Shown here piece by piece: positions 27,497-38,500 of a stretch of DNA of 64,000 nt; position 1 is the stretch's first letter; every line of letters begins with the position of its first letter. The notes under the pieces were generated by a model that was given only the letters and a program-made list of their open reading frames with translations, was not told where the DNA came from and made no database searches. The stretch lies in IMG/VR virus record IMGVR_UViG_3300037067_013436; one strand, written 5' to 3'. This stretch comes from an uncultured virus (IMG/VR IMGVR_UViG_3300037067_013436) (Duplodnaviria; Heunggongvirae; Uroviricota; Caudoviricetes). The position numbers were made by a program, and so were the translations under genes.

Positions 27497-27964
27497 ATGC
27501 ACGTGTTAATTCTCATTACGGCCTTATCGCTTGCACAAGTGCCTTCGCCGACAAAGCCAGACGCTACACAGTCTCCAGGTGTCATCGCGCAGCACAAAGC
27601 GATCGATTATATGAGCACAGAACAGCAAAAACAATGGCTGTTGGCTCATTTGATGGTTGATTTGCACTTCAATGACAAGAAAGTCGCCGAATGGGAGAAG
27701 AAGCTGAACGGCATGACGCCGACGATGATAGCAGTGACGGCGAAGGCGTACGTTCTGCAGCAGGAAAAGAAGCAATTGCAAGATGACAGAAACTACGCCA
27801 TACGAGTAGCCAAAATGCAACTAAAAGCAAATACTTATTGGTATCGGTCGTATTATAAATACAAATATTACAACTATACCAATTATCCGTGCTACGGTCC
27901 CGGTTATGGCTATGGCTGGGGCTATCCATTACGTCCGATTTACGTTGGACGCTTCTATCGCTAA
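27497..27964 (+). CDS. Secreted hypothetical protein
   Basis: Signal peptide MHVLILITALSLA-QVP; Tyr/Gly-rich C-terminus; AGGAG RBS. Confidence 0.65.
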   Translation: MHVLILITALSLAQVPSPTKPDATQSPGVIAQHKAIDYMSTEQQKQWLLAHLMVDLHFNDKKVAEWEKKLNGMTPTMIAVTAKAYVLQQEKKQLQDDRNYAIRVAKMQLKANTYWYRSYYKYKYYNYTNYPCYGPGYGYGWGYPLRPIYVGRFYR

Positions 27965-28281
27965 GGTACGTCCTTATCTTCGCATCCCCAGCACGTGCTT
28001 TTCGGTATAGTCAACTGCACGTCGGATGTTGTTGAGGAAAAATCGTGCTTCCTTCATGAAAGCTTCGACGGCTTCTTGGGGGTCATCGAAATGGCCGCCG
28101 TCTGGCCAGAAGCTATCACCGCACGGCACGTTTTCGGGCTTGATGGAAAACAAAGCGAAGAACTTGCCGTGGGCGGCACCTTTGGTCCTCGCTTCAACTT
28201 CGGTCATCATAGCAAATCCCCTAGATGGCGTTATATAGAATCCGAAACTACGAATTGTTATAGCACGGGAGAATATGAAGA

Positions 28282-29214
28282 TTAACCGATACCGAGCCGT
28301 TCTAATTTAGCAGCAAGATCTTTTCTTTCTCTTTTGCCCATCGGCTTGCATCCAGTTGGCTTATCGGGATGTAGTAGCCCGTAGATCTCCCATATTTCAG
28401 GTTGGCTTAGCGTCATAGCGTTAAGCTGATAGTCTTCGAAAGCCTCCCAAGCGAACGGAACAATGCCTTGGATAAGTTTTGCGATAGCATTTGCATATGT
28501 TCTGATTTCAAGCTGGGCGTGGCTATCCATACGTAAACCCAAGAAGTGAAACAGATTATTACCGTCGATCTTCCAATATGCTTCGGTATAGGTGCTTAAT
28601 GGCAGATCTTTTCTAGCCTGCTCTCTAGCGATACCAGCGTCAATCCTTTCAAGATATACGCGGTTCGCAAGCTCATGTAGCTCCATTTCTTTTTTCGAGA
28701 GGTACTCGCCGGTATATTCATAAACGCCTATTTGCTCTGGTGGCAGAAAATCACCGGAACCCTGTTTGCGATCATCAGCTTGAAGCCGCCATTGGTCGGC
28801 GTTTGTAATGCTGCGGCTGTCGATAGCCTCGCTATATCGCGTTGAATATTCATTCACGCTTGCGGTACGATGTCGTATCCATTGACGCCAGCAATCCATC
28901 GGAACACGAACATGGAACTTGAATTCAACCATCTCCAATGGCGATGTATGCCGATGGCTTATTAAATAACGTATGAGTGATCTGTCATCGCTAACCGCTT
29001 TTGTACCGGCACCATAACTCACTCTGGCAGCTTGAACGATAGCTGCATCGTCGCCCATGTGGTCGACTAAACGCACGAAACCGTCATCGAGGCATTCAAT
29101 TAAGCGACCAGTGTTCCTGGCACCCAGAAGACTACGAAGCTTTTCGCCAGTTGATAGTCTGGTTTCTAAATCTTCGATATTTGGTAATGCATTAATACGC
29201 GATTGGATACTCAT
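28282..29214 (-). CDS. thyX: FAD-dependent thymidylate synthase
   Basis: AARVSYG, HTSPLEM, RQWIRHRTASVNEYSTRY, REQARKDLP, HAQLEIR. Confidence 0.96.
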   Translation of the reverse strand: MSIQSRINALPNIEDLETRLSTGEKLRSLLGARNTGRLIECLDDGFVRLVDHMGDDAAIVQAARVSYGAGTKAVSDDRSLIRYLISHRHTSPLEMVEFKFHVRVPMDCWRQWIRHRTASVNEYSTRYSEAIDSRSITNADQWRLQADDRKQGSGDFLPPEQIGVYEYTGEYLSKKEMELHELANRVYLERIDAGIAREQARKDLPLSTYTEAYWKIDGNNLFHFLGLRMDSHAQLEIRTYANAIAKLIQGIVPFAWEAFEDYQLNAMTLSQPEIWEIYGLLHPDKPTGCKPMGKRERKDLAAKLERLGIG

Positions 29215-29759
29215 TATGCAGACAGTTCCTCATTAGATGGTCCAACTACTTCTCCAATCTTGCGAAATTCGACAAGATCATCAAACCAATATCCGTAGCG
29301 TCTTACATTTTGTGCTAAGACGCCAAGATCGATCGGTAGAATCCGCCACTTTGGCTCGCCGTTCTTGTCGAGCTTCTGCTGTTCCGTAAGGATAATTCTG
29401 CCAAAATCGTCCTTACAAATTATACGTTTCTTGTTCTCAACGATGACCTGTGGTTCGCACACCGGTTCGATCCTCGTTAAATGGAGATCGATAAGGGCGT
29501 CACGCTGATCTCCCTGCAATATCTCTTGCCAGACCTCTCCGACGATAGTGATGCAGAAATCAAAATCGCCCTTCTGCCAAATCTTGTTGGCGGTTGAGAA
29601 CTTGCGGAGATTACCCAAGTTCAACCTATTGACCTTGAAAGGTTTGGCATCCGACAACTCGATGACGATTGATACGCTTTCGAGTTGTGAATGGTATTTG
29701 TCTTTGACTTCTTGTAATCTCTCGGTGATCTCATCGGGTGCTGGCCAAACTAACGCCAT
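29214..29759 (-). CDS. Phage metallopeptidase-like protein with degenerate HExxH
   Basis: DFCITIVGEVW...QRDALIDLHLTRI...VRRYG; start after AGGAG RBS. Confidence 0.5.
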   Translation of the reverse strand: MALVWPAPDEITERLQEVKDKYHSQLESVSIVIELSDAKPFKVNRLNLGNLRKFSTANKIWQKGDFDFCITIVGEVWQEILQGDQRDALIDLHLTRIEPVCEPQVIVENKKRIICKDDFGRIILTEQQKLDKNGEPKWRILPIDLGVLAQNVRRYGYWFDDLVEFRKIGEVVGPSNEELSA

Positions 29760-30471
29760 AATTGTTCTCCTTCTCGCTATCCTGACGTTTCTTTGATAGG
29801 AGTCAAATACGTTGGTATTTAATATAGGAACGTAGGACACATCATGAATGCAGACAGAGTGCGTAAGAAACTAGTTCGTAGAATACTACGATATGATACT
29901 AAGATTCATACGTTAGTAGAACTGTTCGAGGCTATGGGAACTGAGGAGAAAGAAATGCGGCGTGAAATCGCAGAGACTATAGCTGAGATATTATACCCAG
30001 ATGGCATCGCTAGGATTGCAGAGGTTATTCATCCTAATGGAATGATTTCTTAGATTACAGCTATGCAAATGTACATAATCGATATTGAACATATTAAATT
30101 GATGCGATTTTGTTGCAATGCGATACGTATTTAATTTGCGTTATCTTAATTGGTTAGCTTGTCGTCGGGCAGCGACTAAGATTATGTCTAGTTTGCGATG
30201 TAAGGTCTTTGATACAGGTTGTCCAGCAATTAGCTCACGTATCATGGATCTTAGGCTGTCTGCTTGGTATGTCATGCCATTCTCAATAATTTCTCGTATG
30301 TCTTCTTTGGTGAAAGACAGAGCATAGTCCAGCCAGTGTTGGTATAATGTATTACCCGCTTTAACGAGTTCTAGTTCTTCGAAGAATGATTCCATACACT
30401 ATTTTTGAGCGTTTGACTCTCTGTAGGTCGTAATCATAGTAGCACTCTCTTTGATGAAAGGTTAGCAAGCG

Positions 30472-30864
30472 ATGGACGAGGCAACAGATCAATTGGTTTG
30501 TAGGTTTTGTGGTAAACCAGCGAAGAGTAGGTCTGGTTTGACCAACCACGAGAAGACCTGCAAAAAGGCCCCGAAAGACCACGAGGAAGTTAATGTGAGC
30601 GAAGTAAATCCTTATGATCGGAATCCAAGGGCAGAAGACGACGGTCAAGACCGCGATCAAGAGTGCAGCCGTCGCGATAGGTCGAAGCAGCCTAAATCAG
30701 GCCAATTCCAAATCGGTGCATTCTTTATATTGGGAGATCATATTCCGATGCTACTCGATATCGATTTCTGCTCTGCGTTGAGTGCGCATATCTTGGAGCA
30801 CGGTAGCTCAAACAGTGCCATTATGGCTTTCGCACACCAACTCAATAAGGTTACTGGAGACTGA
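30472..30864 (+). CDS. C2H2 zinc-finger-containing protein
   Basis: CRFCGKPAKSRSGLTNHEKTC. Confidence 0.6.
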   Translation: MDEATDQLVCRFCGKPAKSRSGLTNHEKTCKKAPKDHEEVNVSEVNPYDRNPRAEDDGQDRDQECSRRDRSKQPKSGQFQIGAFFILGDHIPMLLDIDFCSALSAHILEHGSSNSAIMAFAHQLNKVTGD

Positions 30865-31040
30865 TGCGGTTCTCAAAGGTAGCGATATTCGCGACAGTAG
30901 CACTGATAATTTTTGCATTTTTCGGTGCCCAGAGTTTAGCTGAACGCTTCCTTGCAGCGGATGCCCGGTCATACTTCATCGCAGCTATTGTATGGCTACT
31001 ATGCCTTGTGCTTGTGCGGAATCGACCGCACCAATCATAG
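30864..31040 (+). CDS. Small two-TM membrane protein (58 aa)
   Basis: MRFSKVAIFATVALIIFAFFGA...YFIAAIVWLLCLVLVR; TGATG coupling. Confidence 0.55.
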   Translation: MRFSKVAIFATVALIIFAFFGAQSLAERFLAADARSYFIAAIVWLLCLVLVRNRPHQS

Positions 31041-31084
31041 TAGATATGTGATGAAATATATTGAAAACGGTCCGGGGTCATCCT

Positions 31085-34000
31085 ATGGCTATACAGAATA
31101 ATGGTTCTATACCAGTCCAGTTGCCAACCAATCCGGTCGATGGCCAGATATGGATAGATGGGAATTTGGTTAGATGGCGTTGGTCATCTGAGTATGATGT
31201 TTGGGTCAATATCGGCTCAGCAACGACTTACCCATTAGCCGACGTAAACACAACCGGCTTAATGAGCCCCCAAGATAAAAGATTTCTTGACTCAATTCCT
31301 GTTATCGCTGGTGCCTTTGGAATTATTACTGACCAGAGTGCGATTATAAGGTCGCCGGATAATCGCGTCGGATTAGTTAGTGGCGCTGTAAAACTGCACA
31401 GCGATAGCTTGCAGATCGAATGCGTCGATGCTAGCGGATCACCTTATCTAGGACAGCCACTTCCGGATGATCCTACCGGCGTTAATTTAGCTGGCTTGAA
31501 ATTTTCACTTAACACTACATTCCTAGACACACTATGCCTTGAGGTGGTTGGTCCAACAGGCAAAAAGGGTGAGAAAGGGCCTGATGGGCTACCAGGTGAG
31601 GATGGTTTTAATGATGGTCCTGCTGGAGAAAAGGGCGATCCTGGCACAGATGCTACTGTCGCTTATACCTTTAGCGGTATCAAAGTAGTCGATACTTCTG
31701 ATATCGTCGATACGGCAGTTGTTGCGTTGCAAATGGATGGTGCTGGCGGTCGGCTCTCTTATACTACCGCTAAGATGAATGTGCCATCGAATACGGCACC
31801 AGCAGATCAGCTAGCAGCACAGCCTATTCAACGCTCGCTTATCTATCCGACCGTTGCAGAGAATGGTAAGGATTACGTCACATTAGATGATTGGAAGCTG
31901 TCGATCCCCAATGGCGATCCATTGCCAGACGATCCAGAAGTTTTGCTAGTGAAGATGTCACCAGATTTAGAAGTAGGTCAGGCGTTACCAATTGAATTAA
32001 CGAAATTGACAGACTTGATTACGGTTGTAGTTGATTCCTATAAATCTAAGCTTGAGACCTTCCAGGACACATGGATGGCTCAAATGAAGAGCTATATTGA
32101 GAGCAAGGACTCGGCTGCTCGTACTGTGTTATCATCAATCGCACAGCAGGTTGCCCAATGCGAATTTCAACGACCGCTTGAATTCTGCTTGGGGATTGCT
32201 CCGTCCGACTGTTCGCAAGGAACAGCCAATACACTGCTGATGGCGGACATTGATGAAGTTGCTACGACGATTGGCGTAGATTCACCGGCTAGCTTTCCGA
32301 CAACTGGCCCATATACAATTATCGTCGGCACCGAGCATATGCTGGTTACTGGTGGCTATGGAACTACAATTTGGACCGTTACTAGAGGTGCGGACAGTAC
32401 AACGCCAACGACACATACTGCAGACACGGCAGTTGTGCTCAAGATTGAAGTTGTTGTTCCGATTATTGAGGCTGGCGAAAGTCCTCAACCAGCACCTGGT
32501 GCAACTGGTGTGACAACTTTAGCGGTAGCGTCAGGTGATAGTACGACCGCTGATACGACAACGCTTATGCGTACAAAGTATTCCACGTCAGCGCCCTTTG
32601 ATCCAACAGATCCAGCTAAGTGCTTGCTACCTTATCGTATGATGCAAGTAATCATCACAGATGAGGCAAATCCGGTTTATGTCACCGGTATTCCTGATGC
32701 GAACCTTGCGATAGTCAATTATTACAACAACGATAAGGCTGCTTGGGAACGCTTTATCAATGGACTAACCGCAAACCAGATCGTGGCACTGGGATTGTTG
32801 CAAATTCCAAACACTGATGGTGCTTATTATGGAGATGAGCGTGATATGGAATGTGCTGACTGCACGTTCCCATATGACTCGATGAGAAGTGAAACTTTTT
32901 ATCATCTATTACCTGTACAGACGCCGAAAATAACATCAGATAATATTGTTACTTTTGTGGAGAGGATGCTAACAAGAGTAGAATATGACTACGAAGATCA
33001 AATTAAGTTATGCGGTAGTAATTTCGAGCCAAATCAAATCAATATCCTCTATAAGTCTAAGGCACTGAGTGCCGATGCGCAATATGCTTTAGAAGAGCAA
33101 GCAGCACTTAACGATGCCGTCGCCGAACTACAAACGAGACACCCCAATATATGCTTCGTTTCCAGCATTAGTTCGTCGTCTCAAGACCACAATCAGGATG
33201 ACCGTTGGCTTCTAGACGCTACGGCTACAGTTAGCAGGTACATGTGTTATCAATGCCCGTCAGCGACGGTTCCGGGTAATGATCGTGTTGTGATTATGTG
33301 CATCGCTGATGAAGCTAGCCCGATTTATAGCTATAATGGTTACAAAGGTCCCGATGGTGTTACTGGTCCTGCTGGAATACCACAAGGTATGACGGCTTGG
33401 AACTATGATATAGCTAAGTGGAAAGATTCACTAGCAGTACTACATGGTAGCGACAACAAGGTCCGGCTTGGTATCTTGCAGCCTCAAGGATATGGTGGTG
33501 CTCCACCTCGTGGTGGCGCTTTGAAGCCCAGTAACTCTGCGTGGCCTGGTGATACTGATAGAAATAGAATAACAATAATTCAAACGAACACGCCATCATT
33601 CACATCAGACGACATGATGACGACGTTTAAGGCTATCACAAATAGTGGCCAGTACGCTGCTACGATTTTATATGTCGTCGTTGACACATCCGGTTCACTC
33701 GGTAGCCCAACCGATGTCGATAAAATCGTGGCTGCTGGTATTTCTGTTATTCAGAAAACTTATCCGAATCTACATATAATGACCGATACTGTTGATATCG
33801 GAACGAATAAAGTTGGTGAACTAGCGATACCGCCATCGATTGATGGTTATGTAGTACAAGCAGCGGGCGATCAATATTTATGGGGTTGGGAATATGTGTC
33901 GCCAGCAAAACAGATTATCTTGTTCCCGACGTTATATGTTCGGTCAACAATTGATGCCGCAGAGCGATGGCTCGGGCGTGCTGTTGGTATAGTTGAGCAG

Positions 34001-35062
34001 CTGCTGTATTACTGGATGCCGCGACCGACATATATTCCGACAGCAGCATATCAAATGCTCATAATGGTAATAACCGATGAGTCAAATTGCAGTGCTACGC
34101 GCACTACAAATGACGGCTATCATAGTTATGAAGGTGCAGGATTCAACACTGGCTATGATAATTACAAACGAGACAAGGAACAGTGGAATACTTGGCTTGG
34201 ATCGTTATGCCCTGGACAGTATGCGACTGTGGGAATATTGCAGCTTGCCAATCCAGGTCCATCAGCTTATCCAGAGCAGACAGATCGTGGCCCAGATCAA
34301 TACACCCTAGCTGACGGTTCCAAGACTAGTGGCTGGATTGTCGATGAAGCTCATCCCTTTACACAAGATGAACAAGATATACTACCAGATACTTCATGGG
34401 GAACCAACATCGATATTCCTACTGAAGACGGCAGTCTTCCGAAGGACAGCAAGGGCACCATTACTCACAAGGTCATACCATGGCGTGGCTTCGGAATCCA
34501 ACGTGTCACTGCAACCGATATAATGGAATTTTACAATGAGATTACGAACTTTGGTGCTGCTTGCCCTGATATGGTTGTAGTATTGCTCGATACAACCGAA
34601 TCTATGAAGCCCAATCTACGATATTGGATAAACAGCATCGTAACAGAGCACAATAATACTACCCATGGTGTCAATGTTGATTCATCATCACCGCTATCCT
34701 ATTATGATGAGACTTTAGGAAGATGGATAGGCCCCAGAACATCCGGCACGATTGATACGATTGAGACCGACGTTGGATTCGTCATGAATGATGAAATAAC
34801 CAGTGCAGTCCTTGCCTTGCAATGCATTGTACCCGCTGCTGGCTATACGACCTATGGTTATAAGCATCCCCTGGTTGCTGAGATTCCATTCAATGGCAGA
34901 TGGCTACAGGCGGTTAGTGAGGCTACGACATTCTTCTTAAATCAAGAGAATGACATTACTTTCCATGTTGGTGACGAAGCTTGGTGGAGTAGCTATAGAA
35001 ACGGCGTTTGCCAGCAGGTCATTAGCACCACAATTCCGTGCTCTGACTGCGGCAGCCCGTAA
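31085..35062 (+). CDS. Large virion/tail-fibre-like protein with collagen segment and VWA-like domains
   Basis: LA...GLMSPQDK..LD motif; GxxGxx run; VVVDTSGS, VLLDTTES and IITDE MIDAS-like motifs. Confidence 0.7.
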   Translation: MAIQNNGSIPVQLPTNPVDGQIWIDGNLVRWRWSSEYDVWVNIGSATTYPLADVNTTGLMSPQDKRFLDSIPVIAGAFGIITDQSAIIRSPDNRVGLVSGAVKLHSDSLQIECVDASGSPYLGQPLPDDPTGVNLAGLKFSLNTTFLDTLCLEVVGPTGKKGEKGPDGLPGEDGFNDGPAGEKGDPGTDATVAYTFSGIKVVDTSDIVDTAVVALQMDGAGGRLSYTTAKMNVPSNTAPADQLAAQPIQRSLIYPTVAENGKDYVTLDDWKLSIPNGDPLPDDPEVLLVKMSPDLEVGQALPIELTKLTDLITVVVDSYKSKLETFQDTWMAQMKSYIESKDSAARTVLSSIAQQVAQCEFQRPLEFCLGIAPSDCSQGTANTLLMADIDEVATTIGVDSPASFPTTGPYTIIVGTEHMLVTGGYGTTIWTVTRGADSTTPTTHTADTAVVLKIEVVVPIIEAGESPQPAPGATGVTTLAVASGDSTTADTTTLMRTKYSTSAPFDPTDPAKCLLPYRMMQVIITDEANPVYVTGIPDANLAIVNYYNNDKAAWERFINGLTANQIVALGLLQIPNTDGAYYGDERDMECADCTFPYDSMRSETFYHLLPVQTPKITSDNIVTFVERMLTRVEYDYEDQIKLCGSNFEPNQINILYKSKALSADAQYALEEQAALNDAVAELQTRHPNICFVSSISSSSQDHNQDDRWLLDATATVSRYMCYQCPSATVPGNDRVVIMCIADEASPIYSYNGYKGPDGVTGPAGIPQGMTAWNYDIAKWKDSLAVLHGSDNKVRLGILQPQGYGGAPPRGGALKPSNSAWPGDTDRNRITIIQTNTPSFTSDDMMTTFKAITNSGQYAATILYVVVDTSGSLGSPTDVDKIVAAGISVIQKTYPNLHIMTDTVDIGTNKVGELAIPPSIDGYVVQAAGDQYLWGWEYVSPAKQIILFPTLYVRSTIDAAERWLGRAVGIVEQLLYYWMPRPTYIPTAAYQMLIMVITDESNCSATRTTNDGYHSYEGAGFNTGYDNYKRDKEQWNTWLGSLCPGQYATVGILQLANPGPSAYPEQTDRGPDQYTLADGSKTSGWIVDEAHPFTQDEQDILPDTSWGTNIDIPTEDGSLPKDSKGTITHKVIPWRGFGIQRVTATDIMEFYNEITNFGAACPDMVVVLLDTTESMKPNLRYWINSIVTEHNNTTHGVNVDSSSPLSYYDETLGRWIGPRTSGTIDTIETDVGFVMNDEITSAVLALQCIVPAAGYTTYGYKHPLVAEIPFNGRWLQAVSEATTFFLNQENDITFHVGDEAWWSSYRNGVCQQVISTTIPCSDCGSP

Positions 35063-35076
35063 TCTAGGGTACTCTG

Positions 35077-35571
35077 ATGTCTATTGCAGCTAGTGTATTC
35101 GGGCCAGAATATATCGAGGCCACATCAGTCGATTTTGGAATATTAGACCTCCAAGGTAATCCAACGAGCACTGTTAGATCGACGGATGTTCGTAGTAGAA
35201 CTTCTCCTGATTTAGAATCATTATTGCTTCCACCGGGCGGATACATAGTTAAATATATAAGTGGTGCGTTCCTGTTGTTGAACGGAGATCCCGCTGTTTT
35301 TGTCGTTGGCGGCAAACGTGGGATACGGATTGAATGGAAAAGCAGTATTGGTCGAAGCTGGACTTCTGTAGGGTATCCGATAGAATTGGAGGCCCCGAGC
35401 GTTGAAGCATTTCGATCAGTCGACACAGCAAGCTTGAATAATTGCTTTTACATGGAATTCACTGTGCCACATAGATTAAGATTGACGCCGCCTTGCAACT
35501 CAGTCGGTAATGTCCGCGTTAGAATTTGGAGACATATACCGCCAGTGCTTATTGGACAGCGAGAACAATAA
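35077..35571 (+). CDS. Hypothetical virion-region protein
   Basis: Fits exactly between two large structural genes. Confidence 0.6.
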   Translation: MSIAASVFGPEYIEATSVDFGILDLQGNPTSTVRSTDVRSRTSPDLESLLLPPGGYIVKYISGAFLLLNGDPAVFVVGGKRGIRIEWKSSIGRSWTSVGYPIELEAPSVEAFRSVDTASLNNCFYMEFTVPHRLRLTPPCNSVGNVRVRIWRHIPPVLIGQREQ

Positions 35572-35572
35572 T

Positions 35573-38500
35573 ATGCCTTTCCCTAAAAATCCGAAGACTG
35601 GTGACACGGTAGTTGTCGAGGACGGCCTTACTTACGTTTACGATGGCACGCTGCATATCTGGCATCAACAAGAGGGAGGCACAATCTCTTTAGCCACTCC
35701 GTTGATATCTGGCTTGATGTCGTCCGCCGATCTAAAGAAGTTAAATGGGCTTGTTGTCCCGCCGCCGCAAGCAACAATTAGCATTGCAGACTATGATTAC
35801 GCCTTTACAAGCGGAACAATAGCACTGATGGAAGGCGACGAATTCGTTCAGATCGACAGTGACGCTAAGATCAGCAATATATCGAGCATTAGTCGCCAGA
35901 TACACCAGAATACTTATGCATTTAATTTTACTGTTAATACGAATGCATTCTTCCAATATATGATCGATAGCGGTCGTTTTGTCGTTCGCTCACCACGCGG
36001 ACCTCAGGGCGATAAAGGTAATACGGGAGTCAGAGGTCAAGATGATTTGCCATATGGTCCGGACGGGCCGATTGGCGACGACGGCGCTAATGCCCCTTCA
36101 AGCATCACAGTCCAGCCGGAACCGGCATCGCTGGAAAGAGTGAACCAAAGCGTTACCCGCGCCGTAACAGCAATCGCGACAGAAGAAATTAGCGAGACTG
36201 AAAATTACTTGGTTGTTACACGGTCGATCATAGGCAATCCTGAGGCTTGCCCTTCGCAGTTAAAGCTCTCTTCGACTGCAAACAGTAATTGGCTAATAGC
36301 ACTACCAAATTCAGTATCGCAAGCTATCATTACTTGGTTACCTGAGACATGCTATAGTAATTCACAGCAGGTCTATTATATCGATGTTTCAGGAATTTTA
36401 GGCGCGATCGAAGCCGAATTCAATCGAGAAGTAGTCGCCATTAAGAGCGATTGCGAAAATATCGTCCAATTCTGGCTCTCAATAATGGCTGGGTTGTTTG
36501 ACGAGCAAAAGGCGGCTCTGTGTTGTGCACTTGAATATTGCCAGTCTCAATCTAGGAATGCAGAGACTAGGAAGTATATCGAGGAGCAGCGGATTCAAGC
36601 AGCACAAGCAATAACGTTGAAGGGAAGCTCATCGACATCGGTTTCTTTCACTGATCCAGCTACCGGGCATTTAACCACGGTATCAAATGAAGCTATTCAA
36701 TCCACTGCTCAAAGCATAGTTATTGACGGCAATCCGCGACAGAGCGGCAAATCGGTTGTCAACACTACTATCATGGATCAAGCTTGTGGAACAGGCTTTG
36801 GTGCCAAAAACATCCATAACCTACCAAACAATCAAGATCCTGTTGGTGGCTCGCCGTGTATACCCGGTATTATCCTGTCATCAGACGGTAAAGCGTTGAA
36901 ATATGATGAATGCCCGCCTGGCTTCATACCGAGATATGTTGAACGCGATGCCGTCTTGACATCATCCGCTGCAGCAGTGCCGGTGCACGATTATCCGGCT
37001 GATTATAACGTAGCACTTGACATTCCCGAGACTGGTAGTGGCACGTCGCAAGTTTCGCAAGGAACGATCTACGGGAAAGTGACGCCGGGTGTTAATCTTT
37101 ATTTGCCGCCTGGAGTATCATTAGCACGTAAATTGGCTGTTAATGCGTTCCGATCTAACAACCCAGCTACAAGTTCTGAGCTACGGGTGACGGTAACTGG
37201 TAGCCCATTGTCGTTATGCAAGTCGGTGACCGTGTATGTCAAATCGACGGGTGGTACGATTTTAGCATATGGTCAGACAAATAGCGATGGTGATATTTAT
37301 TTCAAGAACTTGTCGAGTTTGGAGCAATATGATATCTCATTAGAAAAGAGTGGATGCCTGTTTGCTCCTCCTAACTGGTCGTTGGTCCAACCAGTAACAC
37401 TGCAAATTACACAACTGCAATCGACTGTTACGACAGGCGTTACGACTACTCCGATACAACAAATAGTCAAGTGCTCATCTGGCTCGAACGTTCTCGTCGT
37501 TACTGTTCGCGGCGATTCAGAAGGCATTAACAGTACATGGGTTTCGATACGATACTATACAACAGGTTATACGTTGTGTGCAGCATATGCTGGTACATCA
37601 ACAACGAATCAAGGTGAGATCGTATTTACTGGTATTCCTGATGGTTTGTGGGTCGTATATGCCGGGACAGATGAAACATCTGAGACTGATCCGAACTACT
37701 ATGAAGTAGATCAGCCGTGCCATCCTGTTGCGAATCCTGTGTCGCAGCAGGCTATGGAGTTGCGTAGCTGCAGAACAGTGCAGTTCGTCCATAGAACTGA
37801 CGGTAGCCAGAATTTAGCTAGAATGTCATTTGACGTTTTGACGAAAGCGAAGCCGACTTCAAGCTGGGTATTGTCATCTAGCATACCTGCAGAATTGATT
37901 ATGCCTGGCGATGCTAGATTTGAGACGTTAGTAAAACAGCAAATATTAGCAGATCCGAACGCTGACATATCGCTTTCAGAGGCGATGTCAGCGTTCGAAA
38001 TCAGTGAGCCGGTTGTGTTGAAAATTGAATCTGATGGTGACTTTGATATTTTCTATACAGATAGGTTCGGCACCGACTATCATGACAACTTAGGTATGAT
38101 GGCGTCGAAGGATGGTACGTTCTTCGATAAGCTCTTCAACGGTGTTTACAATATCTGTGTAGTTAATAAATCGCGGAAGCTGTCTAAATTCGATTTATCT
38201 GTAGCTACACAGAACGTGAAGTTTTTACAAGGTGCTGGCGATGGGTGGTCTAGCACCTTGATACAATCAGATAATAGTATCAAAGCAATACAGGGTCCGG
38301 CTGAGGCTTGGTGGCTGCAGATGCGTATCGAACATCCTCAGCGATTACAACAGCCTTATTCTACTAGTTGTGGTGCTATTGGTCCCAGATCATCAAAGAC
38401 TGATAGAAGATTTTGCCGAGAACTACCGAACGGCAGTGGTAGCGTTCTAACGCGAGATTTCGCTGTTGGAGATGGGTCACTCTCAACATGGTATACAAGC

